Positions 1-40,200 of a DNA stretch of 64,000 nt are shown piece after piece. Below the pieces are notes generated by a model. It did not search any database. It was not told the origin of the DNA and worked only from the letters and a program-made list of their open reading frames with translations. This stretch comes from Paragordius varius (taxonomy: Eukaryota; Animalia; Nematomorpha). Within the stretch, counting starts at the first letter, position 1, and the number at the start of each line of letters is the position of its first letter. The DNA is taken from assembly GCA_964247055.1 (NCBI GenBank), contig OZ176051.1:10168001-10232000 (forward strand). Direction: 5' to 3'. Made by a program: the position numbers and the translations under genes.

Positions 1-54
1 ACCTGAAATTCTTCGATTTCTATTTATTTTTTAATTAAATTAATCAAATTTTTC

Positions 55-101
55 GCCCCCCCCCCTTAAATTTTTCTACGTCGCCCTTTTGAAAACCACT
101 G
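55..101. mobile_element. Right end of a hAT (Buster-type) MITE that begins before the window
   Basis: Ends in TTGAAAACCACTG (reverse complement CAGTGGTTTTCAA, a hAT-like terminus). It is followed by CTCTAAAG, with TA at positions 4-5 as in Buster target sites. The other end is not visible. Confidence 0.4.
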
Positions 102-1488
102 CTCTAAAGACAGATTAAATGATAATTTGCGTGAAAAAATTGTGTTAACGCCATATAAGATAAAACAATATAAAAAATGCACAGCGCAGATGAATATCCG
201 TATTTCGATTTATTCATTATAAGGCTTATAATCTATTTATAAAAATGAGAACTGTTTAATTAAAACCCACGTTTTTAATAATAATAGCAATTTTAAAGTT
301 TTACTAAATTTTTCCATTGTAAAATTATCGTAGGGGTAGGTAAAAATTTACCTTGATAAAGTGTCAAATTCACTCATGTTTAAATATAAAATTATTAGGT
401 GATCACTACATGCCACTTAGTTAAACTAATTCAGAATATTGGACTAAAAATTAAAAGTCTATAAACATATATTAAGCAATAGTTTTTATAATATTTTGTT
501 TAAAGTATTATTTTGTAAAGATTAATCCTTATGAAAAAGATTGATTTAATATTAATTATGCTTACCACGCCCTGATAATTTTGATTATTATCAATAAACC
601 CAGTTTAAATGTGCATGGCCTTTTATTAATATTTTTTATTGACCAAAAATATATCTTTACTATTTACAACTCAAATATATCAGTATGCTGGTTTATGTCC
701 ATTTAAATGACCTTTATATTAAAAAATCCTTAATCTATATGTTTGGATTTTATTTAAATACCGAAGGCTCTACTATGTCCATGGCTATCCTTGCAACGAT
801 TTTATTGCCGATGATATTGAATATAAATAGAATCTGCCTTTTAGTATATTTTTTAAATGAAAATAGCAGAAATTATAACTTGAAATGATTTAGTATTTTA
901 CCACTTTTTTCTCTGGTTGTTCGAATTTACGAAATAGCTCCGGTTTCCTAGTTTTTTCGCAAAATAATTTTGAAAGTTCATTGTATTGGGGTCAATGGTT
1001 TTTTTAAACTAAATTAATTTATAATTAAAAAATAGTCAAAAATTATGAATCTTTTGACTTGGCAATATTACGACTGTGTGATACCATTTTCTATAAAGTC
1101 CAATAAAACACAATTTTATAAATTAAAGTAAGGCTAAAATATATTTAAACGATTCCGACAATAGATAGATATCGTCATACTGCTCTAGAAAATTAACGTG
1201 TTATATTTATATTTTTATATTATATGTTTAAACTATTTGACAAATATGTTATATAATATTTGTCATCAAATTCACCTTGTTATTTTCAAATTTATCTTTG
1301 TTAATCATTTTTATTTGAGATTCCCCTTTTTTTAGCAAATTTTTGCTAGTATCATATTTATCCATAATTAAAAAAGAAACGAAATTCTCTGCACCCTTTT
1401 TATATTATTTATAAAGATAAAATAGTTCTTTATGACTGACTCATAGTTAGCCGTGTCTATATTTTTCCTTTTTTTTACAATATCATAG

Positions 1489-28179
<26,691 letters not shown>

Positions 28180-29890
28180 TATCTTTTTTATATTTAATAA
28201 TTATCTAGCTTCTCAAACTTATTTCGTTTTTATATTATATGCTTTGAACGTAGCTATCTATTTAATTAGCATTTATCTAAGAAAACATTCTGTATTGTAT
28301 ACATAAAATTTTTATCATCGTGCATTTATACTTATAGAATCTCGTGTATTACATTGTACTTCTATTGTGTCAATAAATGTAATTAAAATACCAAATTACA
28401 GTTTTAACATTATTTTTTTTGATTGCGATTTCGCGCTCATTACTGAATTTTTTGGTGAAAACTTATGGAAGTAGCAAATAAATTCATATATATAATTTCT
28501 TAAGTTTAAAAAAAACGTGCAGATAACAAATTTTTTGTTAAAAGGCCTATACGGATAGGGGGCTCTATTAAGCTAGTCACTAATTTAAAAAAATCTTCCA
28601 ACGAATTCAAAACAAAAATTTTGTTGCTGTATAATGGACCAATTGTTTCACACTTTTTCAAAAAACACAATTAACATTTGTAATTTTCTCAGAAAACTGG
28701 TATTATAAGAAACTTAATGTCTATCATTGATTATAAATAAGTCTACGCATTTTTCTGAAAGTATTTAAGTTAAGCTTAATATAAAAATGTAAGTTATGAA
28801 GATCTTCCATTAGTTTTTCGAGCGGGTTCATAGGTTAAAATTTTTTATGCGGCTGAACCAAGAACTTGAATTTATATTTTGGGAAATAATCATAAAATAT
28901 TGGCAAAGAACGTGGTGTTGTAACAGAAAATGGAATATATGAAATTTTAAAATAGTATATAATAAAAATAGAATTGGTGTTATATCCTGCTTAAAAATAA
29001 TCCAGGAATTTTTTGTGAAAACATAATAAACTATACGGGCTCTATTACAAAAAGGTCATTAATAATTCTCAACCTTAAGTACCATATTTGAGTAAGGTCC
29101 TATGAATTTTTTTTAAATTTCAGGTGCATTTAATAAATGTGACTTTATTAATTTTCCGAAAAGCCAGTCAGTTATTACATATATACCGTAACAAAAAATA
29201 TCCTAATCAAAATACTTTTTGATTGAAAATTTATTATCTTATAGTTTGGTTTGATCTTAACGAGTACTATTTTTTATTCAGGATGCTCTATTTTAAAAAA
29301 ATGGCATTATAATGTAACATAAATTATATTAAAAAAGCAAATAAAATTTTAAAAATTTCACTTTCTGGACATTAACCCCAACATAATGTTTACCCTCTAG
29401 ATTTGCGATAAAGAAAATGGTCAGTTTATGCTATAATAAATTTTAATATATCCTAGATTCTAATTAAAACATTTTTTAATGAGTAAAATGCTTATATTAT
29501 AACTACAATAAGAAGCCTAATAAATTTATTCTCATAAAATAAAAAAATTATCAAAATATGATTTTATACCGCTTCATTTTGCGCATTGTAGAATAACTGC
29601 GTCCATCGGGGGGTATAAAAAAATAATCCAATGAAATATATATATTATGATAGGAATGTATCAGTATTACTATTTGGCCCTTACTAGTGATATAGTTATT
29701 TACACTTTTGTGGTAAATGTTCAATATCATAAATGGCAAAATTTCCGCACATTTTTTTACGTGAAATATTTTGGCGAAAGATAAATTCTTCATTCCAAAA
29801 AAAAATCATAAAAATATATCAAAAACTCCCTATAAAAAGCAAAGCAATATTTTTAGAAAATTTTGATTATATAATGTAAGCTCGTCCAAA

Positions 29891-30528
29891 TTTTGTGATC
29901 TACTAAAATGGGCTAAATTTCTTAAATCAAAGGCAAAAATGCTGGGATTGCGTGATAAAAGTTTTAAATATATAATAAATTTTGCCATCTTAAAAATATT
30001 TTTAAGAAAATGCATATTTTTTTACAAAAATTTTTAGCGAAATTTTGTTGAAGCGTACACCATATTTTTTTGAGGCATGATGGAAACGGTATTAATACGC
30101 TTCTGGATATCATAAAAACACTTTTTAATATATTTGACGTTGAACGTTCCTATCGCTTCAGAATTTAAATTTAGATTATGCTTTCAAATTTTGCTGATTG
30201 TAAAGGGACCCAAAGATAAATATAAATTTGAAGACGAAAGAATATTTTAATCAAAATTCTGAGGTGAAAGAAATGTTGAGAATCATCGAATTATATTGAA
30301 AAAGTCTTTTTATCATATCTCAAATCGTTTTTATACCGGTTCTATCATTCCTCAAACTATTATGTACGCTTCAACAAAATTTTGCTAAAAATTAAATTTT
30401 TGAATAAAGTATGCATTTTTGAAAATATTTTTTTGATGTTCAAATTTAAAATATATTTAAAAAATTTATCACGCAATATTGGCATTTTTGCGTTTATCTT
30501 AAGAGAACTAGCCCACTTTCATAACAAA
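29891..30528. mobile_element. Foldback-type MITE with ~200-bp imperfect inverted arms
   Basis: The left arm AAAATGGGCTA ... GGGATTGCGTGATAAA ... AAATTTTGTTGAAGCGTAC ... TGGAAACGGTAT mirrors the right arm ATACCGGTTCTA ... GTACGCTTCAACAAAATTT ... TTTATCACGCAATA ... TAGCCCACTTT. Related copies lie at 46557-47296 and about 56495-56660 (one arm). Confidence 0.8.
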
Positions 30529-31286
30529 ATGTACGCAAATACGCCATCATACATGGAGCACTTTACCGTACCCTAAAAATAATAATTAACCTTCCTATAT
30601 CAAGGCTCGAAACCAAAAGCACCATTAGAATCCACCAGCAGAATATTTTTTTGAGGACACGTCTATTTAAGAGATTTTAACGATGAATATATATAAAGCT
30701 TTCGTTAGTTTACAATATTTTAAATTCATAAATTCAGTAAATATTTATATATATCGGACTTGGAGACATTTTAAAAAATAGATATTGGGGCTTGTTCCAG
30801 GACGTTGAAACCGGAATCGGCCTGGTTCCTAAAAATTTAAAAATGTCTTAAAAACTGGAGTAGTTGAGCAAGAGAAACCGTAACCGGGTGGGATTCATTA
30901 TAATTACACAATCTTGGATCTGATTCCATTTTAATTCCTGACTTTTCATTGTATGATTTATCAACATTTTTTCATGATAACAACATAAAACAAAATAACA
31001 AAAATTGTAAATTAAAACATAATTTATAAGAAAAATCAAATAGACATAAGTATAACAAAGATAGTAATAAATTTGTATTTATTTGCATCTATGGCCTTTT
31101 TTAACTATAAAACTGATTGCATCAAGTATTTCGGTCGTCAGACAACTCAAATGTAAAAAAATTAGCGTGAAGTTTCTTTGGTCGCATTATGAACCGAACC
31201 TTACATGATAATTTTAATTTTTCCAATATCTGGTCAACTCATGCGGCTCGTGGGAAGCGGTGTCAGTCAATGAATACGCTATAGAT

Positions 31287-33412
31287 CAGTGATACTCAAA
31301 CCGCGGCCCGCGGGCCGCATGCGGCCCTAAGAGTACTTTAAAATTGCCCTATGACCATATTGATACTTAAATTATTTTTTTTATTGATGAATTTTTAAAA
31401 CACATAAACCTATTTTCGCTTATTTTAATATTAATTTATTTCTTTAGATCTATTTCGTAATTTCTATTTTTACCCAATTTGGTAGAAAAATTTCCCTACA
31501 TAAAATGATTTCAAAATTTTGGCACACGTTGTCTCTGTTTCTGTATTCTATTTTTTTCTATTTTGAAATTTTTATTGAATTCCTTTTTTGTATTTAAGCA
31601 AGCTTTTCACTCAAACTTGCATATACATATTCTTTTCATAGCGATCCCACATCATTTTTTATAACTCCCATAAAATATTTTTCAAATCAACATCATTAAA
31701 TTTTTACCTATTTTTTATAGCATAATTCAAATTATATTCCTATTTTTTGCAAAAATTTACATAATATTTAAATATAAATTCAAAGGATGACATCTAATGC
31801 TAAAAAACGTAAATTATCCGATAAAAATCGCTCTTTAAAAAGGAATGGGAAGAAAAATTCTTTGTCGTTTTTAAAAATGTTGATACCTGCCTTATATGCA
31901 AGGACAACATAATTATAAAAAAATACAATATTGAAAAACATTTTACAATCCATCATTCTCATAAATTACCAGAAAATCATGAGGAAAACGAAATAAATAA
32001 AAAATAAAAGAATTATACCAGAAAGAAAATCTATTATTTTTATAGCCTTCTCCCAGGAAAAGCTGTAACATTAGCTTCGTATGAAATTTGTTATATTTTA
32101 GGAAAAAATATGAAACCGTTTACTGATTCCCTAATAAAAGCATTAATAATTGGTAGCACTTTTTTTGATAATAATGGTATATCTATGAAAAAGGTTGGTT
32201 TCGATCTGCACAGATGGCTGTCCCTCTATGAAACGAATGATTTATCCCTCTTTTGAAAAACAAATATAATTTGAAAAATATTTACTCAACAGCAAAACTT
32301 GGTTTTCCGTGTAAAAGCTGAATCACTCAATTCAGTAATTAAAACGGTTGTGGATATAGTTAACCACATCCAAGAGAATTTAACAGCCGTAAATTCTAAA
32401 CCTTCTGAAAGATATCCACAGTGAGTTTGATGATTTTCTTTTGTACACCGCTGTGGATAACTAAGCCTTAGCAAAGTATTAAATAGATTTTTTTTAAGGC
32501 ATGAGATTGTATTATTTATAAATAATAGAAAGTTTGACGAGGAAATTAATAGTGACCAATGGTGGGTTTTATTGCCTATTTTTGCGACATTACTTATAGA
32601 CTTAGTCTTAATACAAGTTGTGAGCAAAAAATAACCCAATTTGCTAATCAAATATTTGCTTTTGAAGAAAAATTAATACTATATAAACAAGAATTTATAA
32701 ATAAAACACTTCTATATTTTCCAACATTTAAAATAGATAATCATTTAGCATTTTTATTTAATGAAATGAAATTCAGATTTGAAGAACTAAGAAATATTAA
32801 AAATTGCTTAAAACTCGTGGAAAATCCATGGTATGGATATATCCAATATTAAGCAACTTGAGTATCTCGGTTTTCAGGCGCATATCATTGAAGAATTCGT
32901 AGATTTTAAAAATGATTCCGATTCGCAGGCTATATATAAGGAGAATCGAAGAGAAGAAAGATATGTATGGTTTCGGCAAGATGTTCCAAATAAATATGAA
33001 AATATAAAAAAATGTGCTCAAGTTATCCTAACTGTTTTTTCTCAAGTTACCCTTGGACAGCATATTTAAAAATAAGGTATCTCAAGAATAGATACAGAAA
33101 TCGCTTAACCGTTAATCATATGGACGACGTATTAAGATTGGTCTGTCATGAGGCGAAACCAAATTTGTCAAAAATTATTAGTTAATATCAAAATAAATGT
33201 TGTTATCAAAATATTTAATTTTTTAAATTAAATGGTGCAAAACGAGTTTTTAGTTGGATTTTGCGATCCGCAAAAAATTAATTGTGCTGATTTAGAGTAT
33301 AAATATGTGCTGTGTCAAATAGCTATGGAATGTTTACCATTATAAGATTCTGGCCCTCGAAAAAAATATATATTTTATTTGGCCCGTCAAATATTTTTCG
33401 TGAGTACCACTG
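31287..33412 (+). mobile_element. hAT transposon, Buster/SPIN (GTF2IRD2/ZBED8-like) type, internally deleted and frameshifted
   Basis: TIRs CAGTGATACTCA / TGAGTACCACTG (11 of 12 match) and a perfect 8-bp TSD CTATAGAT at 31279-31286 and 33413-33420 with central TA. GC-rich subterminal GCGGCCCGCGGGCCGCATGCGGCCC. Transposase remnants ASYEICYILGKNMKPFTD, VVDIVNHI, FEEKLILY, KNRYRNRL. Confidence 0.92.
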
Positions 33413-33670
33413 CTATAGATTATCATTAATTAATAAGGTTAATGTTATCCAAGTAAAAGAATCTACGTAAAAATCAAGTTTCTGGCTTTCTTCTGATATA
33501 TTGGTAAAATAAATAAAAGTCAACATTATAAATCCATATCTTTCGGATACGAAAAAATTTTATATGATCAATTTAATTTTATGAAACTAAAATTATGATT
33601 CCATTTTGAATACAGCAAATTTAATCATTTTTTTGCAAACTAACCATATAAAAACCATTAATATCAAGGT

Positions 33671-33891
33671 AGAACCGGAACCGGGGTTCTCAGACGGTTA
33701 AAACCGTTGAGATTTTAAATGGAACCCGAAATTTTCCTGAAATTTTAGAACTGAAATCGCGTTGGTTTATAAGGAATCAGAACGGAAACCTAAGTCGTTT
33801 TTAAGAAGTGGAATCGGGGGTCCCAGTTGTTTCCAACACAACGGAAACTCCTGTTGAAATCTTGAGAAATGGGTTTCGGTTTAAAGCACTG
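33671..33891. repeat. GGAACC/GGTTCC-rich non-autonomous element (relatives at about 30790-30895, 40345-40445, 41128-41295)
   Basis: Recurrent AACCGG/GGAACC/GGTTCC motifs. This copy ends CGGTTTAAAGCACTG (CAGTGCTTTAAACCG, hAT-like). Copies are too diverged to align confidently by eye. Confidence 0.45.
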
Positions 33892-34762
33892 ATATATTGC
33901 ATTTTTCTAATCGATTTCAAACAGTTTATCATTTCAATTTAATTTTGAATAAACTGTATTTGCATTCAAAAAAGATTGTTAGAACTATATTATTGCGAAT
34001 TGGATCATACATCAAATATTAAAACAGTTTATTTTTACAAGGGATTTTTTCCTCACACATGCATAAGCCTTTCCTTCATATATAATAACATATGTTATAA
34101 TCTAGTCTAGATCATATCCAAATAGTATTATAGATCAAATTTAAAATATATTTTATATTAAGAGATTAATTATTAGCTTTCGTGGAAAATCTGATTCAAA
34201 GTATTTGTTGATATTTTTTATGCAATATTTCTTTGATACTCAAATGGTCATAGAATTCATAATAATTTGTAGATACATAGTTTTCCGTATTCTATCATAT
34301 TTACAGTCTAATAATATGTTTGCCATTGATTTATTTAAATATATTATGCACTGACTATTCAGGGCTGTGGTCAAAAATGATATTTAATTAAATTATCGAA
34401 AGTTGTAAATTTATCAATACTTTTTAAAAATAGCGATTGTGTGTTATGAATTTTTGAAAATATATATCATAGAATTTCCTTCGATTCACAATTTAAAGGA
34501 TTCGCAAAGCCAACATATATAAAAATATGGAGATGTATGTAGTACCAAACAGGTCATTTAGAAAGATTTAATTTTCTTCCAAATAAAAATATCCTTAACG
34601 CTTACCGGAAAAGGCCTAATATTCAAAATGCTTTGTGAAAGCGTATATATAGTTGTAAAACAATAAAGCGTTTAATAAAATATCTAACTTCATATCAACC
34701 ATTTTTGTATTAACTCTCATACATTCTTAAAAATGTCGACGCATTTGTTAATCTATATATTC

Positions 34763-36990
34763 ATAAAAATGGAAAGTGGTGACTTTGTTAGTTTCCGGAA
34801 AACCGGTTGACCCATTTAACAAATATCGAAAATATAATCATTAATAAATGCTCCGACAATAGCTTCGCCCTTTTTTGAATTAGCCCCCAGTTCGGGCCCA
34901 CCCCGTGTAAAAAACGGTTTTTTTGAAAACAGAAGTTCACAAAAATCCTGTCTTTGAGAAAATTTTCCAGAAAACGTGTTAGGCCACTTGATTACGATTA
35001 TTTTTACTTATTTTTGATAGGGCCCAACATAGCCGGCTCGCTTTTTTAATTTAGGCCCTCTTTTTACCCGCTCCCCCCGTAAAATGCCATTTTTCAAAAA
35101 GATTAAGTCCACAAAAATAATTTTTTGAATCTATTTTTTGCCTAAGTATGAGACTGTAAAAATTTAATAAGGATTCTAGGTATTCCCTGTTAAAAGGCAA
35201 AAATTTTAGTCAAGCGTTTGATGGTAACTGCTGGGTAGGGAAGTACCCGCTAAAAACTGCCGTCATATCGAAATAGCGTGCTTTTGGGGATAAATTTCAA
35301 AAAACTTCTAAGGCCATATGAGTTCAATAACTGCTAAAATTTTACCCGTAACAAGGCAAAAATCTAGATCGTGGGTTTTTCAAAATTAGCAGTTAATTAG
35401 GCCCTTCACGCCCTGAAAAATGAGCCACCATAGAATAATTTTTTAATTTTGAGGCAATTTTCCGAAAACTAATGAGAGCATATGGAATCAATCATGATTC
35501 CAGGTATTATCCGTAAAAAGTCAAAAAATTTTATCAGGCGCTTTTGTATCAGCCTCTGTGTAGGGAGCTACCCGCCTATAACTGCGCCACCATATTAAAT
35601 TGCGTTGTTTAGGAGTTAATTTTCTGAAAACTTATCAGGCCATATAAGTTTTATAAGGGCCGGAAATATTACCTGTAAAAAGGCAAAATTTTAGTCGAGC
35701 GGTTTTTTTAAATTAGCGGTTAAATATGACTTTTAAGACCTAAAGCGCTATCATTGATCTTTTATTTAGTTTTGAAGCCATTCTTCCATAAATATTAAGA
35801 GCTTATGGAATAAATGATTTCAGGTATTCCCGTATAAAGTCAAAAAAATTATCCAACGTCTTTGTTGTATTGGCCTCTGGGTAGGGAGCTACCCGCCTAA
35901 AACTGCACCGCCATTTCAAAATTGCGTTGTTTAGGAGTTAATTTTTTAGAAATCAGGCCATATAAGTTTTATAAGGGCCTGAAATATTACCCGTAAAAAG
36001 GCAAAAATTTAAGTCGGGCGGATTTTTTAAATTAGCTAGGCTCTGGGTAGGGAACTACACGCGTAAAAATATGTCAGTATATCGATGCAGCCAATTTCAG
36101 AAAACTTATGAGACTATGTGAGTTCAATAAGGACTTAAAATATTTATTACCCCTTAAAATTTAGTATAGGGCGTTATTTCAATGAGTCGCTAAGAAAAGT
36201 TTTACGCCCTGAAAAATTCGCCGCCATAGAACAATTTTTTGGTTTTGAAACAATATTTTCAAGAACTTATAGGAACATATGGACATTATAATTCTAGATA
36301 TTCCCCATAAGACAAAAATTTTGCCCGACATACTTGCCTCTGGTTAAGAAGCCGCCAAAAAACTGTTCCACTATATAGATTGAGTTGTTTTGGAACTAAT
36401 TAAAAACTTATGCGATATGAGCTCATTTAAAGATCGAAATATTACCCGTAACTAAGTAAAAATTAAGGTCAGGCCTTTTTTTATTAGCCGTTAATTTTGG
36501 GCCCTTATGCCCTAAAAATACGCCATAACGATTATTTAGTGTTGAGGTATTTTTGAACCCATGAGACGATGGTCTCAAAGATGATTCCAAATATTTTCTC
36601 TGTAAAGGCAAAAAATTTAACTTAGCGCTTTTTCCATATAGGCCTATGGGTAGGGGTCCACCGGTTTAAAACTAAGACGCCATACAAAAATGGCGTGGCT
36701 TTGGGGCCAATTTTCAAAAAACTCGGAAGCCATACGAGTTCAATACAGACTTTAAATAATACCCATAAAAAAGGTAAATATAGTATAGTGGTTTTTTCCG
36801 TTAGCCGTGAATTTGGGGCCTTTACACCTGTAAACAATATATTAGTATGAATGCACCGTTTTGAAAATTCTATGAGATCATAGCTATTAAATAATGTTTC
36901 GAAATAATCCACATGTATGGATCATTTTATTGTCCCTTTTTTTTAAATAGCTCCCCCTCCCCAGAAGTCCGAAGGACTTCCTCGGGCAGC
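34763..36990 (+). repeat. Interspersed element with an internal tandem array of ~160-bp monomers in alternating A/B form (~320-bp dimer) and a terminal GC-rich hairpin
   Basis: The AAAAGGCAAAAATTT-type anchor recurs near 35190, 35350, 35515, 35680, 35840, 36000, 36315, 36455, 36605, 36770. Alternate units carry GGTAGGGAGCTACCCGCCT. A hairpin GAAGTCC-GAA-GGACTTC lies at 36964-36980. Confidence 0.8.
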
Positions 36991-37263
36991 ATAGAAGCAC
37001 GAGATTTATGCTAATAAATATATAATATGCATATACAAAATTTTTCGAAGACGACATTAACATTCATACAATATATGAAAATTCCCTTAAGCTCTAATAT
37101 ATATATGTATATATATATATATATGTATATATATAATTGGGGTTAATTTATTATATTCTTTACCAAATCAAACATTAAATTTTCGCCCCTTAAACTATTC
37201 TAAATTGCAAAATAGCTATTAAAATAAGTATTTGTTTCCCTTATTTGTAATACATATTATAGA

Positions 37264-40200
37264 TTAAAGGCATTCAATGATAGGTCTCCATAAACGTATA
37301 TCAGGACCTTGGGTTGAATCCAAATTAATTTCCACTTTGGTTTTCGTGCATTCGATTCTTGTAACCAAAAAATCTTTGTATAACAAACCCGTTTCAGTTC
37401 CGTTATCAACGTGAGATACTCTGGTTCCATTCATTGTTTGTTGTAATTTTAACTGCTTTATCACATTAAGGGGGGAATAGGTTATATGATAAAAATAATT
37501 TAAAATTATAAATTTTATGTTAAAAATTGTCATTAATGCCATGTAAATGCTTTTAAACTTTGGTTGAAAAATAGATAAAATTTATGGGGTTCGGTTGTAA
37601 AATGTATGATTATTTGACTTTTATTTTCGTAAAAATGGAAATTCCAGTGACTTTTAAATGTTAATAAGTTTATAATTTAGTCAAAATATTTTCTTAAAAT
37701 ATATTTTTGTTGATGAAGGCATTAATCAAACCTAATTGATATAGCACTTTAGCAACTAAGCCGGAGTTGTAGTCTTTTTATTAATACCTTTAATTTATAA
37801 AAAAAACTTTATGATAACCATGTGTCATTTTAGATTTTTAATACATACTATAAATTAATTATAAAGAGGTAAAAATTTTATTATACAGGTTTATGATTTT
37901 AAACATTAGTCTGATTGTTTCTTCCCTGCATAATGCCAAAAACCTTATAGAAAGGGTTAATTAAAAATTAATATATATTAAAATTATATATGTTTTTTGG
38001 CATTTTATCAATTTGACTTTTGTCTTTTCTCCTAAGCAATTTAAATCAGTCGTACTACAAAATTTTTAAAGGGCCAAAAAATTTTATATATGCCTTAAGG
38101 GCCATAATACCGATAAAACTTTAAGGCTGTTTAACACACATCTGCAGATATTTAAAAATAAAAACTTTAGGGCTATAAAAAGCATTTTTACAGGGCCGCA
38201 GTTTGGGTATAGCTGAATTTCACAGTATACATTTTAATGGTTGCTCATCACACTATAGTAACGCAATTTGCAACAGAGTAGTGTATGGAAAAAACAACAA
38301 AATGTAGAATAAACAATTATTTCCTTTCTATTTCCATACACTCATGTGTTGCAAATTGCCCAATTATAGTGTGAAATAAGCAACCATTAAAATGCATACT
38401 GTAATAAAAGAATTTATGTTGTAGTTGAATATAATCAAAAAATATATAATTTTCCCAACATATGTCGACAAAAATGTCAACAATGTTTTTTGATCATTCA
38501 AATATCCGGTGATAATTAGATTCTTTTAAAATATTATTTTAAATTCGTAAAACTTTACTGGATTGACGGATGGAATAGGTAGGATTAAAGGACGATTATT
38601 GCGTAAATTTATCATATAAATGGTGCACATTCCTTCAGGTTGAAATTCAAACATGACGAATGCCTGTTAAAATATAAAATTATTATTAATATGTGGTGAT
38701 AAATTATTTTTTAAAATAGAACAATACTTTGCTTATAATTTGGTGACGTTAGACTTGATATTTATATTTAATATCGTTTTACAATTTTTAGGATTCAAAT
38801 GCGACACCGAAATCATTTGATACAATATATTCCACCTATTTCATATCATTTTATATTATTTATTTCAAATATTTAACACTTCTTCAAATTGGGGATCTAT
38901 ATACCTCATACTTAATTAAAGCTAGTATTTTTAAAAAATACTGAAGGAAACGGTCTCAAATTAAATTTATGCTTCTATCCTAATAAAAATTATATAAATA
39001 AGTCAAAATATTTAAATAAGATTTTGTTTTGAAAAAAAAGTTTCATGTCAAACTACTTCGACGCCATTTTTATATTACAAAATTATTGCAAAATATCGTC
39101 TTCATGTAATTTTAAAGGTGAAATTAAAGCTAATCTATTTAAATTAAGTCGAACATTGATGGAAAAAATGTGGTTTATTTGTATTATTTTTCAATTTTAC
39201 CATTGCAGACATGTCACGTTGACTAAATTTTTACCTTTGGGTTACAGCTTAAAATAAGTAAAATCAAGTATTTTTAAATAAAATTTTTTATATATTTCGG
39301 TTTATTAATGATACATAAGCGCAAATTTTTGCCATGGTTTCGACTTCCATATTTTTTAAAGAATCTAATTTTAAACAATTTGAAAGGAGTAAAATGAATG
39401 TGTTGTATCCAAGTGTTAGGGAATATAATTAGATATATAGTCTTAAAATGCAAGGAAATTAAATTTTAACAAATGGCGCAAGCGTCCAAACACTATTTTT
39501 TATCAATCAATATTACCTTAGTTAAGTTTATATTAAACATGAGTGCCTTTAGCCTTAAGCGCCTTTTAATTCAACAAATGAGGCGATGAGAATAAGTTCT
39601 TTTGCCGTTACTTAATTTATAAATATATACATCATGAAATAGCTCCATTTCGTATTTTCCTGGTATCCATCGGATTGCCTGCAAATTTTGTACATCATAA
39701 TAACGGAAAATATCCATAACAACTTGTTCTTCCGTGTCAATATCCTTAATAAAGTATCCTTCGATTCTGGCTTCCATATAGGGTCCGTATGACAATATAA
39801 TATCTCTGTTAAATTTAGAATTCAAAAGATTCAATTCCAGCAAATACAACAAAATATGGTAAAATATTCGCTGTAAAATAATAGCTTTGTGTAATTATTG
39901 GTTAATGAAAATGACTAAAAATATTTCAGAATCTTACTTTATATTAATTGGTTTCGGTGGTTCTTCGTGCGGGTAATAATCGTTTAAAAACCGTCCAACA
40001 TTATATATCCCCAATTTCTTGCAATATTTGCAGACAACTTGCAAATCAAAATACAAGTCTAAAATTGTAAATATAATATAGAGATATCCAGTAAATATTA
40101 TAATTATACGGATAAAATATAACTAAAAAGACAATCATATTTATCTTGACTTTTTAAAAAACACCCTTTTGGGTTGCGCAACGGGGATTAAAACATTAAT

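Noticed and set aside
685-888. Short ORFs from the track rich in I/Y/F/L/K (for example 685, 11252, 19170, 20867, 21435, 27793, 29551, 63569)
   Set aside because: Their composition mirrors AT-rich intron or MITE sequence, and they show no motifs or splice chain.
28372-28377. AATAAA as the MIB1 polyadenylation signal
   Set aside because: The position is plausible, but the hexamer is too common in this AT-rich DNA to call without transcript data.
39806-39870. Longer version of orphan-gene exon 8 starting at 39870 (RIFYHILLYLLEL...)
   Set aside because: It is out of phase with the preceding exon; the acceptor at 39806 restores the frame.
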